DNA of 64,000 nt, from NCBI GenBank assembly GCA_963512955.1, contig CAUPOP010000010.1, positions 14,157 to 78,156 of the forward strand, in the 5' to 3' direction. Within the stretch, counting starts at the first letter, position 1, and each line of letters opens with the position of its first letter. Below, in pieces: positions 8,342 to 18,060 of this stretch. The translations under genes and the position numbers were made by a program. Source of the stretch: an uncultured Flavobacterium sp. GTDB lineage: Bacteria; Bacteroidota; Bacteroidia; Flavobacteriales; Flavobacteriaceae. Below the pieces are notes generated by a model, which saw only the letters and a list, made by a program, of their open reading frames with translations, searched no databases and was not told the DNA's origin.

Positions 8342-9350
8342 TTTAATACCAAGTAATAACAACTTCATTTTATATACTGCTCCTAGTGGTAATATAAAAA
8401 TTGAAGCATACATACAAGACGAAACAATTTGGCTTACACAACAAAAAATAGCCGATGTTTTTGGTGTAGATAGAACTGTTGTAACAAAACACTTGAAAAA
8501 TATTTATCAAGAAGAAGAATTACAAAAAGAAGCAACATGTGCAAAATTTGCACAAGTTCAAATGGAGGGTGATAGAGAAGTAAAACGTCTAATTGAATAC
8601 TACAATTTAGATGCTATTATTTCCGTTGGTTATCGTGTAAATTCTTCTAAAGCAACACAGTTTCGAATATGGGCTAATAACGTATTAAAAGAATTCATTG
8701 TAAAAGGATTTGCAATGGATGATGACCGATTAAAACAAGGCACTACAGCATTCGGAAAAGATTATTTTAAAGAATTACTCGAAAGAGTACGTTCAATTCG
8801 TGCAAGTGAAAGACGAATTTACCAACAAATCACGGATATTTTTGCTGAATGTAGCATAGATTATGACCCAAAAGCCGAAATTACTAAAAACTTCTATGCC
8901 ATTGTTCAAAACAAATTCCATTTTGCAATTACAGGTAAAACAGCTGCCGAAATTATCTTTTTAAAAGCAGATAGCTCAAAACCTCAAATGGGATTAACAA
9001 CTTTCAAAAATGCTCCTGATGGTAGAATATTGAAATCAGATATTGAAATTGCAAAAAACTATTTAGAAGAAAAAGAAATCAAACAATTGGAGCGTACCGT
9101 ATCAGGTTACTTTGATTATATCGAAAATCTTATTGAACGCCAAAACACCTTTACAATGGAAGCATTAGCAGAAAGTGTAAACAAGTTTTTAAGCTTCAAT
9201 GAATACAAAATACTCGAAGGATTCGGAAAAGTATCGCATCAACAAGCAATCAATAAAGCAGCAAAAGAATACAATAATTTCAACAAAACACAAAAAATAA
9301 ATTCAGATTTTGATAAGCAAATAAAAGCACTTCAAAAGAAAAATAAATAG
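8334..9350 (+). CDS. RhuM-family protein
   Basis: IEAYIQDETIWLTQQKIADVFGVDRTVVTKHLKNIY...NLDAIISVGYRVNSSKATQFRIWAN matches my recollection of RhuM family proteins. 8-nt overlap with the Xre gene. Confidence 0.7.
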   Translation: MSDLIPSNNNFILYTAPSGNIKIEAYIQDETIWLTQQKIADVFGVDRTVVTKHLKNIYQEEELQKEATCAKFAQVQMEGDREVKRLIEYYNLDAIISVGYRVNSSKATQFRIWANNVLKEFIVKGFAMDDDRLKQGTTAFGKDYFKELLERVRSIRASERRIYQQITDIFAECSIDYDPKAEITKNFYAIVQNKFHFAITGKTAAEIIFLKADSSKPQMGLTTFKNAPDGRILKSDIEIAKNYLEEKEIKQLERTVSGYFDYIENLIERQNTFTMEALAESVNKFLSFNEYKILEGFGKVSHQQAINKAAKEYNNFNKTQKINSDFDKQIKALQKKNK

Positions 9351-9372
9351 CAAAAATAGACTTATAATTAAA

Positions 9373-10032
9373 ATGAGTTCAAAAGAAACACAAGTAAAAT
9401 CTAAAGAAAGAGTTACAGACCACGGCGAAGTATTTACTAACAAGCGTGAGGTAAATGCCATGTTAGACTTAGTGAAACAAGAAACAGAAAGAATAGATTC
9501 TCGTTTTTTGGAGCCTGCATGTGGAACAGGAAATTTCTTAGTAGAGATTTTAGAAAGAAAATTAAAAGTAGTTGAAGCTCGTTACAAAAAAAGCCAATTG
9601 GAATACGAAAGAAATGCTATTACAGCAATTTCAAGTATATATGGAGTAGATATATTAGAGGATAATGTAGATGCTTGTAGAGATAGATTGTTAGGTATAT
9701 TCACTAAATATTACATCAATCATTACAAAAAAGATTTTAACGAAGATTTCTTAAAAGCAGCTCAATTTATTTTATCTAAAAATATCATTTGGGGCAATGC
9801 TTTATCTATGAAAACGACAGAAGGTAAACCAATTACATTTTCAGAATGGAGTGCAGTAAATGGTAGTATGTTAAAAAGAAGAGATTTTCAATTAGATAAA
9901 TTATTAGAAAATGTGGAATACGATGATAATGAAATGAATTTATTTTCAGACCATCAAGAACCTGTTTTTATTCCACAACCAGTAGCTGAATTTCCATTAA
10001 CGCATTTCTTAAAAATAGCTGAAAATGATTGA
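9373..10032 (+). CDS. methyltransferase-like protein with SAM-binding motif but no NPPY catalytic motif
   Basis: HGEVFTNKREVNAMLDL (motif X), FLEPACGTGNFLVEILER (motif I), IYGVDILEDNVDACRDRL. The ORF ends before any (N/D)PP(Y/F). Confidence 0.6.
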   Translation: MSSKETQVKSKERVTDHGEVFTNKREVNAMLDLVKQETERIDSRFLEPACGTGNFLVEILERKLKVVEARYKKSQLEYERNAITAISSIYGVDILEDNVDACRDRLLGIFTKYYINHYKKDFNEDFLKAAQFILSKNIIWGNALSMKTTEGKPITFSEWSAVNGSMLKRRDFQLDKLLENVEYDDNEMNLFSDHQEPVFIPQPVAEFPLTHFLKIAEND

Positions 10033-11560
10033 AACCAATTACAATCCAGATGTATTAACGTGCCTTGCTAATTTAAGCAATGACGAGGTATTTACACCTC
10101 CTACACTGGCTAACCAAATGTTAGATACTTTACCGCAAGAATTATTTAGCAATTCCAAAACAACATTTCTCGACCCAGTTAGTAAGTCTGGTGTTTTCTT
10201 ACGAGAAATAGCAAAACGTTTAATGATAGGTTTAGAAACTGAAATTCCTAACCAACAAGAACGATTAAACCACATTTTTAGCAAACAATTATTTGGTATT
10301 GCCATTACAGAACTTACCTCGCTATTATCTCGTAGAAGTGTATATTGTTCTAAAATTGCCAACGGTAAATATTCTATTTGTGAAACCTTTACAAACGAGC
10401 AAGGAAATATCCTTTTTGATAAAACCGAACACAATTGGAAAAACGGCAAATGTACCTTTTGTAATGCCAGCCAAGAAGTCTATGAGCGTGAGGATGCTTT
10501 AGAAACTTATGCTTACCAATTTATACATACCAACAACCCTGAAAAAATATTTAAGAATATGAAGTTTGATGTCATTATAGGAAACCCACCATATCAATTG
10601 AGCGATGGTGGCAATGGTAAAAGTGCAAAACCTATTTATCATAAATTCATTCAACAAGCAAAAAAATTAAATCCTAGATTTTTATCAATGATTATTCCAG
10701 CTCGTTGGTATGCTGGTGGTAAAGGATTAGATGATTTTAGAGAAGAAATGCTTACCGATAATAGAATACGCAAAATTGTAGATTTCGAAAATTCAAACGA
10801 AGTATTTCCGGGTGTTGATGTTGCTGGTGGTATTTGCTATTTCTTATGGGAAAAAGATAATCAAGGATTATGTGAAGTTATCAATTATAGTGATGGCTCA
10901 AAAGTAAATTCTGAAAGAGCATTAAATGAGTTTCCGATATTAATAAGACAAAGTCAAGCAATTCCAATTATTAGAAAAGTAATAGCAAACAATAAACAAG
11001 CATTAAATGTACGTGTGTCTTCAAGAAAACCTTTTGGATTACCTACTAATTATGCTCCTAAGAAAAAAGGAATACCTTGTTGGTTTACTCAAAAAATTGG
11101 CAAACAATTTGCAAATCCAGAAGATGTTTCAGACCCTTTCAAAATTTTAGACAAATGGAAGTTTTTAGCTCCAAAAGCTCCAATTGCAGGACAAACTGAT
11201 TTTTCTAAACCTGTTGGTTTTTATTATGAAGGAAACACATTAATTGCAAAACCAGGCGAATGTTGTACCGAATCGTTTATTGTTTTAGGTGCTTTCAAAA
11301 CCGAGAATGAGGTACTTGCTTATAAATCTTATATTTTCACAAAAACAGTTCGCTTTCTTTTATTACAAACTGTCGTTTCACAGGATGTTACAAAAAACAA
11401 TTTTCAATTTGTTCCTGATTTAATAAAGTATGAAGGAATATATACGGATGAAATGTTGAGAAAAAAGTGGGGTATAAATGAAGAAGAATGGCGATACATT
11501 GACACAAAAATAAAAGCAACAGAATTAATGGGAAATAGAAAAAACGAAGACAATGAGTAA
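10025..11560 (+). CDS. N6-adenine DNA methyltransferase (Eco57I-like gamma class)
   Basis: DEVFTPPTLANQMLDTL (motif X), FLDPVSKSGVFLREI (motif I with Gly replaced by Lys), FDVIIGNPPYQLSDGG (motif IV). 8-nt overlap with the upstream ORF. Confidence 0.8.
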   Translation: MIETNYNPDVLTCLANLSNDEVFTPPTLANQMLDTLPQELFSNSKTTFLDPVSKSGVFLREIAKRLMIGLETEIPNQQERLNHIFSKQLFGIAITELTSLLSRRSVYCSKIANGKYSICETFTNEQGNILFDKTEHNWKNGKCTFCNASQEVYEREDALETYAYQFIHTNNPEKIFKNMKFDVIIGNPPYQLSDGGNGKSAKPIYHKFIQQAKKLNPRFLSMIIPARWYAGGKGLDDFREEMLTDNRIRKIVDFENSNEVFPGVDVAGGICYFLWEKDNQGLCEVINYSDGSKVNSERALNEFPILIRQSQAIPIIRKVIANNKQALNVRVSSRKPFGLPTNYAPKKKGIPCWFTQKIGKQFANPEDVSDPFKILDKWKFLAPKAPIAGQTDFSKPVGFYYEGNTLIAKPGECCTESFIVLGAFKTENEVLAYKSYIFTKTVRFLLLQTVVSQDVTKNNFQFVPDLIKYEGIYTDEMLRKKWGINEEEWRYIDTKIKATELMGNRKNEDNE

Positions 11561-14045
11561 AAACTATTTTCCAGAAAAAAGCATTCCAAAAGTGTATGCT
11601 TATACCGATACAAGATTTCCAAATTGCATAAAAGTGGGTTATACCACCAAAACTGCGGTAGAAAGAGTAAAAGAACAATATCCCGTAAAATTACCTAATA
11701 TGAGTTATGAAATCATATTAGAAGAATTAGCAATGCGTAATGATGGCACATTATTTACCGATAAAGACATTCATAAATTACTAAATAACAAAAAAGTAAA
11801 ACATATCAATGGAGAATGGTTTGAATGTTCACTAAAAGAAATAAAAGCTTGTATTCTTGAAATAAAAACAGGTATTGTTAACGAAGACAAACGTACACTC
11901 GATTTCGGATTACGACCAGAACAAGCCGAAGCCATAAAAAAAACAGAAGCTTATTTTATCAGTTCTAAAAAAGAAAATAAAAATCAAATCCCTCATTTTC
12001 TTTGGAATGCAAAAATGCGTTTTGGTAAAACCTTTACAACCTATCAATTAGCTAAAAAAATGGGTTGGACTAAAATATTGGTTTTAACCTTTAAACCTGC
12101 GGTTCAAAGTGCTTGGAAAGAAGATTTAGAATCGCATATCGATTTTGCAGGTTGGCAATTTGTTTCTAATAAAGAAGATGATTTAAGTTATGAAAACATT
12201 GATACAAAGAAACCGTTTGTATTCTTTGGTTCCTTTCAAGATTTATTAGGTACTAACTCTGCAGGAGGTATCAAATCTAAAAATGAATGGGTACATACTA
12301 CTAATTGGGATTGTGTTGCTTTTGACGAATACCATTACGGAGCTTGGCGAGAAAATGCAAAAGAACTTTTTGAAGCTGAAAGTGCCAAAGAACAACAGTT
12401 TGGGGAAGGAGTCGGAATTGAGTATTTTGATGAAAGTATAATGCCAATTACGACAGGGCATTATTTGTATTTGTCGGGTACACCTTTCAGAGCTATATCA
12501 TCAGGAGAGTTTATCGAAGAGCAAATTTTCAACTGGACATATTCAGATGAACAACGAGCGAAAACAGAATGGAAAGGGGATAAAAATCCTTATTTATCAT
12601 TACCAAGAATGGTGATGTTAACATATCAAATGCCTGACACTATTGTAGAAGTAGCAATGAAAGGAGAATTTAATGAGTTTGATTTAAATGTATTCTTTTC
12701 TGCTGATGGCGAAGGTAATAATGCAAAATTCAAATACGAAGATTACGTTCAAAAGTGGCTGGATTTAATTAGAGGTAACTTAGCGGAAACAACCATTGAT
12801 AATTTAAAAATGGGTGCAAAGAAACCACCAATGCCATTTTCAGATGCTCGACTATTAAATGTGTTACAGCATACTTTTTGGTTTTTACCAACGGTTGCAT
12901 CTTGTCATGCAATGAAAAATTTAATAGATCAAAAGCAAAATAAATTTTACCATGATTATGAAGTTGTTGTAAGTGCAGGAACAGGAGCTGGTATTGGTGT
13001 TGAAGCATTAAAACCAGTAGAAAAAGCTTTAGGCAATCCATTACAAACTAAAACAATAACACTTTCTTGTGGTAAATTAACAACTGGTGTTTCTGTCAAA
13101 CCATGGACAGGAATATTTATGTTACGTAATTCATCAAGTCCCGAAACATATTTTCAAGCTGCATTTAGAGTGCAAACACCTTGGACTGTAAAAAATCCTG
13201 ATAAGAATGCTCCTAATCGTGAAGAAATAATAAAACATGAATGTTATGTTTTTGATTTTGCTCCAGATAGAGCTTTACGACAAATTGCAGATTATAGTTG
13301 TCGACTAAATGTTGGTGAAAGTAATCCCGAAAAGAAAGTTGAAGAATTTATCAACTTCTTGCCAGTTTTGGCTTATGATGGTAGTTCAATGAAAGAAATC
13401 GATGCTGCTGGAATTTTAGATATTGCAATGAGCGGAACAACTGCAACACTATTAGCAAGACGATGGGAAAGTGCTTTATTGGTTAATGTTGATAATTTTA
13501 CTTTACAAAGGTTGATGGATAATGAGGCTGCAATGCAAGCCTTAAGTAACATTGAAGGCTTTAGAAATCTAAATCAAGACATAGAAACTATTATCAATAA
13601 ATCAGAATCTATTAAAAAAGCAAAAGCCGAAGCAAACGAAAAAGAGCTTACTAAAAAAGAAAAAAAAGAACTTTCAGACGAAGAGAAAGAATACAAAAGC
13701 ATCAGAAAACAAATTCAAGAAAAGCTTATCAAATTTGCTACTCGTATTCCTGTATTTATGTATTTAACTGATTACAGAGAAAGAAGTTTAAAAGATGTAA
13801 TTACTCAATTAGAACCTGCATTATTCAAAAAAGTAACAGGATTAAATGTTAAAGATTTTGAATTGTTAGTCAGTCTTGGTGTTTTCAATAGTGCATTAAT
13901 GAATGATGCTGTCTATAAATTTAAACGATATGAAGATGCAAGTTTGTCATATTCTGGCATTAACAAACATCCTGAGGATAAAATAGGTCTTTATGATACG
14001 GTAATAAGTGCGGAGGAATTTAAACAAGAATTTGAGAATATCTAA
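11553..14045 (+). CDS. T5orf172 (GIY-YIG-like) domain fused to SF2 DEAD/DEAH-type helicase; putative restriction/translocase subunit
   Basis: N-terminal KVYAYTDTRFPNCIKVGYTT...INGEWFECS. Helicase motifs AKMRFGKT (I), AFDEYHY (II), LSGTPF (III), YFQAAFRVQT (VI). 8-nt overlap with the MTase gene. Confidence 0.75.
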   Translation: MSKNYFPEKSIPKVYAYTDTRFPNCIKVGYTTKTAVERVKEQYPVKLPNMSYEIILEELAMRNDGTLFTDKDIHKLLNNKKVKHINGEWFECSLKEIKACILEIKTGIVNEDKRTLDFGLRPEQAEAIKKTEAYFISSKKENKNQIPHFLWNAKMRFGKTFTTYQLAKKMGWTKILVLTFKPAVQSAWKEDLESHIDFAGWQFVSNKEDDLSYENIDTKKPFVFFGSFQDLLGTNSAGGIKSKNEWVHTTNWDCVAFDEYHYGAWRENAKELFEAESAKEQQFGEGVGIEYFDESIMPITTGHYLYLSGTPFRAISSGEFIEEQIFNWTYSDEQRAKTEWKGDKNPYLSLPRMVMLTYQMPDTIVEVAMKGEFNEFDLNVFFSADGEGNNAKFKYEDYVQKWLDLIRGNLAETTIDNLKMGAKKPPMPFSDARLLNVLQHTFWFLPTVASCHAMKNLIDQKQNKFYHDYEVVVSAGTGAGIGVEALKPVEKALGNPLQTKTITLSCGKLTTGVSVKPWTGIFMLRNSSSPETYFQAAFRVQTPWTVKNPDKNAPNREEIIKHECYVFDFAPDRALRQIADYSCRLNVGESNPEKKVEEFINFLPVLAYDGSSMKEIDAAGILDIAMSGTTATLLARRWESALLVNVDNFTLQRLMDNEAAMQALSNIEGFRNLNQDIETIINKSESIKKAKAEANEKELTKKEKKELSDEEKEYKSIRKQIQEKLIKFATRIPVFMYLTDYRERSLKDVITQLEPALFKKVTGLNVKDFELLVSLGVFNSALMNDAVYKFKRYEDASLSYSGINKHPEDKIGLYDTVISAEEFKQEFENI

Positions 14046-14108
14046 AATGCTATCTGTAAAAGGGAATAAATCTAATTTTTAAAATGTAGAATTTAAAAAC
14101 AATACACT

Positions 14109-16181
14109 ATGAGCCAACAATTGTATTTCAACCTACTAACTTTTGAATGGCCACAAAAGCCAATAACATTATACTTTAGTTTAGAACAAATTAGAGGAAG
14201 TGTTTTGGTGTATAAATCTAACTACCCAAACAACATAAATGAAATTTTCCCCAATCTAGGAAACGAGGGTATTGAGAAAATCTACACCTCTTTCGATAAT
14301 AATCTCGAAGGTACTACCCCATTGGACATTGATTTCAATGATAAAAATGTTTTTTTCTATAAAGATTTTTTGAATTATAAACTCTACAATCATTTCAAGT
14401 CGGTTAAGGGAGTTATAGCTTCAAAGAACTTTATCAAAGAACCTCAAATTTGGATAAATATTGAAAAAGAACAAACAAAAGACTTTTGGGTGTTCAATAA
14501 ATTTTCTTTAAAAATTCAATTCAGTAAAGTATCAAAATTTCCTGAGTTAGTTATCGCCTATGACGACACTTCAAAAATGTATAAAAAATCAGTAGTTGAA
14601 GTACTAGAAGATATTGCTCCAATTCATATTAAAAAGATAATTACAAATAAATCCGTCTATAACTATCAAAAGATTTCTCCAGAACTAAAAACAAGTTTAG
14701 ATCTTGAGAAAACATGGCCTATTCTAAATCGTGATTTAGCTTCAAAACTAAACATCGAAGTTGAGATTGAAAAAACAAAAAATAAATACACACGTTATAA
14801 ATTAGCAATAGACGATTTTGTCAACACCTATTTAGATAATAAAGATTTCAAAACCCTGATTCCCTTACATTCCTCAGAATACTTAAAAGTCGAAGAAACA
14901 AGGATATTAAACGTAGATAAAAATTGTAATGAGTTAATATTTAAAGATTATGTTATTGGTTCCATTCCAAAAATAGATTTCCCGAGAAATGGTGCTTTAG
15001 TAACATCTCCAAAACCAAACATTACTATTTTCTATATTTATCACGAAAGTCATGCAGAAGTCTGTAGTTCATTAAGTAAACACTTAAAAAATGGTACAGG
15101 AGATTATTACAAAGGTCTTTACAAGTTTGCTAATATCGAATCGCATACCGATATGACATTAGCTATAAAATACAAAGATGAAAATAATCCATTGCCTGAG
15201 ATTTTAGAAAAGTTAAATAGTGCTAATTTTAATTATGATAATACCTACGTGGCGTTTTATATTAGTCCGATTGGTAAGTTTGATGAAGATAAATCACGCA
15301 AAAAAATATATTATCGAGTAAAAGAAGAATTACTAAAGAGAAGAATTATTTCACAAGTAATAGATTACGATAAACTAAAGTCAAAAATTAATAATTATCA
15401 ATTTGAATTAAACAATATCTCATTAGCATTATTGGCTAAATTAGAAGGTAAACCTTGGCAATTATCTACAAGTCCAAACAAAGATTTAATCATTGGTGTA
15501 GGTGCATTTAGAAACATAGATGAAAATACGCAATATGTAGCAAGTGCATTTAGTTTCAATAATAGTGGGTCTTTCAAAAAGTTTGAATATTTCACGAAAA
15601 GCGATACAGTTCAACTAGCAGGTTCAATATGTAATGCGATAGATCAATATGCAAAACTAGAAGACAATCCAACCAAAGTAGTAATACACTTTTATAAAGA
15701 AATGAGCGACAAAGAGCTAAAACCTATCATTCAAAAAATGAATAGATTAAACTTAAATTGTCCATTATACATCATTAACATAAATAAAACTGATTCAGAA
15801 GATTTAATAGCTTTTGATATGAATTGGCACAATCGTTTAATGCCCAGAAGCGGAACAATAATCAAGATTGGTAAAAAGCAATTTTTACTTTTCAACAATA
15901 CAAGATACAACGATTTTGACAAACATTCTGATTTAGAAGGCTACCCATTCCCTATTAAATTGGGTATTTCATCACCAAATAATGAAGAAGAATTAGACAG
16001 TTACGAAATCAAAAAACTAATTGAGCAAGTATATCAATTCAGTAGATTATATTGGAAATCATTAAGACAACAAAACGTACCTATAACCATCAAATATCCA
16101 GAAATGGTAGCCGAAATAGCACCTCACTTTGAAAGTGGTAACATTCCACCTCACGGTAAAGAGATTTTATGGTTTTTATAA
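14109..16181 (+). CDS. prokaryotic Argonaute (MID-PIWI), predicted catalytically inactive, long-B-like
   Basis: MID-like KKIYYRVKEELLKRRIISQVI. PIWI-like NISLALLAKLEGKPWQL and RQQNVPITIKYPEMVAEIA, with hydrophobic C-terminus EILWFL. Expected catalytic positions read DLIIGVGAF (no Asp) and KVVIHFYKE (no DG). Confidence 0.8.
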   Translation: MSQQLYFNLLTFEWPQKPITLYFSLEQIRGSVLVYKSNYPNNINEIFPNLGNEGIEKIYTSFDNNLEGTTPLDIDFNDKNVFFYKDFLNYKLYNHFKSVKGVIASKNFIKEPQIWINIEKEQTKDFWVFNKFSLKIQFSKVSKFPELVIAYDDTSKMYKKSVVEVLEDIAPIHIKKIITNKSVYNYQKISPELKTSLDLEKTWPILNRDLASKLNIEVEIEKTKNKYTRYKLAIDDFVNTYLDNKDFKTLIPLHSSEYLKVEETRILNVDKNCNELIFKDYVIGSIPKIDFPRNGALVTSPKPNITIFYIYHESHAEVCSSLSKHLKNGTGDYYKGLYKFANIESHTDMTLAIKYKDENNPLPEILEKLNSANFNYDNTYVAFYISPIGKFDEDKSRKKIYYRVKEELLKRRIISQVIDYDKLKSKINNYQFELNNISLALLAKLEGKPWQLSTSPNKDLIIGVGAFRNIDENTQYVASAFSFNNSGSFKKFEYFTKSDTVQLAGSICNAIDQYAKLEDNPTKVVIHFYKEMSDKELKPIIQKMNRLNLNCPLYIININKTDSEDLIAFDMNWHNRLMPRSGTIIKIGKKQFLLFNNTRYNDFDKHSDLEGYPFPIKLGISSPNNEEELDSYEIKKLIEQVYQFSRLYWKSLRQQNVPITIKYPEMVAEIAPHFESGNIPPHGKEILWFL

Positions 16182-16188
16182 TATCAAG

Positions 16189-18060
16189 ATGAAAGAACAA
16201 AAACAGTTAGAAAATCTATTCTTACATATTTTCCAGACAAGGGAATACATAATTAATTCTCTTGAACTAAAAAAGTATTCTGAATTAGAGAAAAAAGGGA
16301 TAATAAAAAATAATTCAGATGGTAATTATGAAGTGGATTTATATTCATCATATATATATGATCACTTAAAAAAATTAGTTACGATTAAACTAGCTACTGG
16401 CTTAACTGATGACATTGAGGAATCTTTCAAAACTATTCATAATCTTGAAGAACTAATAAAGAATGAATATAATTATGGTAATATAATAAATGCTTACACT
16501 CAAATATTTGATGCATTTAGAGTTCATTATTTAACAGAATTAGATACAAAAGGGATAGATGTTATATTATATTTCAATGAGCTAAAAAAGAAATCTAATG
16601 TAATTTATGAGTTAAGAAATTTTGAAAAAATATTTTTTATTTTTCTTGTTTCAAAAGATATTAGCATTGAACAAACAAGTGAATTTTTAGAAGCAAATAA
16701 TGATGAAAACAGCAGACATTACTTAAATAATTACCTGTATTCGATTATTGAAAAAAAAGTAGAATTTTCAATTAATTTGATTGAATATCTTTCAAAAAAA
16801 CATGAAAATGAAACACCTCATTATCTAGTAATTTTAATTAGTTCTTTAATTAATAAAGGGCAAATAGAATATTTAGTAAAACTTAAAGAGAGGTTAACAA
16901 AATCCACAAAAGAAGCATTATGGGCTTATACCTTACTGAATATTAATTCACAAATATTATATAATGAATTATTAGAAATCTTAGTAAAGGATAATAGTAT
17001 TGAATATTTATATCATAAAACTAGAATAATTGAAAGCTTAATGAACTCCCAGTTTATTACTTCTGAAGATTCTGAAACGCTATCAAACAAATTATTTGAG
17101 TTTTTTGAAAATCCTGATGATAATGAAATACACAGCTATTTCCATACAATTACATATGGTTTTGAAAAATTTGAAGATTTAAAATACGAACTTTTGCATG
17201 GTTACCTAAACCGAACACAGAACATCAAAACAATAAGTTCTTTCTTTTATAATTTTAAAGAACCCAAATATTTATTTCATTTAATTGGTGTCATTTATAA
17301 TAATGGTTGGCATAGAAACTCTATAAATCTTTTTGAACAACCATTATCACATTTTTGGTCAACTTCAAGAGACAAAACAGAAGAATTTATTTTATCATTA
17401 ATTTCTACCAAACAAAAAACAGGTTTATTACCTATTGAAATAATTATGACTGGTAGAGAAACACCAATGCAAATTGATTTATTAAAACTTAATACTGAAC
17501 AAGAACAAGTTTTAGCAATAGCAATGATTTGCAATTTCCCACATTCATTTGACAAACTATTACCAATATTAATCAAATTAAAAGATTCTAAATTCCCCAA
17601 AGTGATTGAAAACCTTCAAATGCAGTTAAGCATTCTTGTTTATGAATGTTATAACGAAACATTAATTGAATGGTTAGAAAACTTAATACCAAAATCAAGA
17701 AAGAAAACTGCGTTTTTGAAACCTATAAAACTATCTCTTGAGCTATATAAAGAGATTAAAGAGTTAAAACATAAGAATAACGACTTAAATCCTTATTACA
17801 ATGAAAAATCATTAATGGATTTATATTATAATTTAGAAAACGAAAATAGAGCTAAAATGATGGAAAGCGTCAGAAATAACCCTACGGGTCTTTCGAGCAT
17901 GTTTAAAAATACATCTATAATTCGAGGTAATAGTTGGCGTTTCGAACATGAAGAAAATGTTATGCCACTAGGTAAAGTAGAAACTCAAATGTATATAGAT
18001 ACCAGAGCCTATAAAAATCCTGAATTATATGAATATCAACTTCAAAGATTCAATAAATAA
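16189..18060 (+). CDS. hypothetical protein, pAgo-associated, apparently all-alpha
   Basis: ATG 7 nt after the pAgo stop; about 620 aa, rich in Leu/Ile/Glu/Lys/Asn. No catalytic or transmembrane motif recognised. ATG at 16189 preferred over the track's TTG at 16129, which overlaps the pAgo 3' end. Confidence 0.6.
   Translation: MKEQKQLENLFLHIFQTREYIINSLELKKYSELEKKGIIKNNSDGNYEVDLYSSYIYDHLKKLVTIKLATGLTDDIEESFKTIHNLEELIKNEYNYGNIINAYTQIFDAFRVHYLTELDTKGIDVILYFNELKKKSNVIYELRNFEKIFFIFLVSKDISIEQTSEFLEANNDENSRHYLNNYLYSIIEKKVEFSINLIEYLSKKHENETPHYLVILISSLINKGQIEYLVKLKERLTKSTKEALWAYTLLNINSQILYNELLEILVKDNSIEYLYHKTRIIESLMNSQFITSEDSETLSNKLFEFFENPDDNEIHSYFHTITYGFEKFEDLKYELLHGYLNRTQNIKTISSFFYNFKEPKYLFHLIGVIYNNGWHRNSINLFEQPLSHFWSTSRDKTEEFILSLISTKQKTGLLPIEIIMTGRETPMQIDLLKLNTEQEQVLAIAMICNFPHSFDKLLPILIKLKDSKFPKVIENLQMQLSILVYECYNETLIEWLENLIPKSRKKTAFLKPIKLSLELYKEIKELKHKNNDLNPYYNEKSLMDLYYNLENENRAKMMESVRNNPTGLSSMFKNTSIIRGNSWRFEHEENVMPLGKVETQMYIDTRAYKNPELYEYQLQRFNK

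Noticed and set aside
9373-11560. The two methyltransferase ORFs as a single gene broken by a frameshift.
   Set aside because: ORF2 begins again with its own motif X (DEVFTPPTL) and motif I region, so it is a complete N-terminus rather than the continuation of ORF1. The 8-nt ATGATTGA overlap looks like normal translational coupling.
16129-16188. TTG start at 16129 for the pAgo-adjacent gene, as listed in the ORF track.
   Set aside because: It would overlap the last 53 nt of the pAgo gene in another frame and add a basic, odd N-terminus (MKVVTFHLTVKRFYGFYNIK). The ATG at 16189, just after the pAgo stop, is the simpler start.
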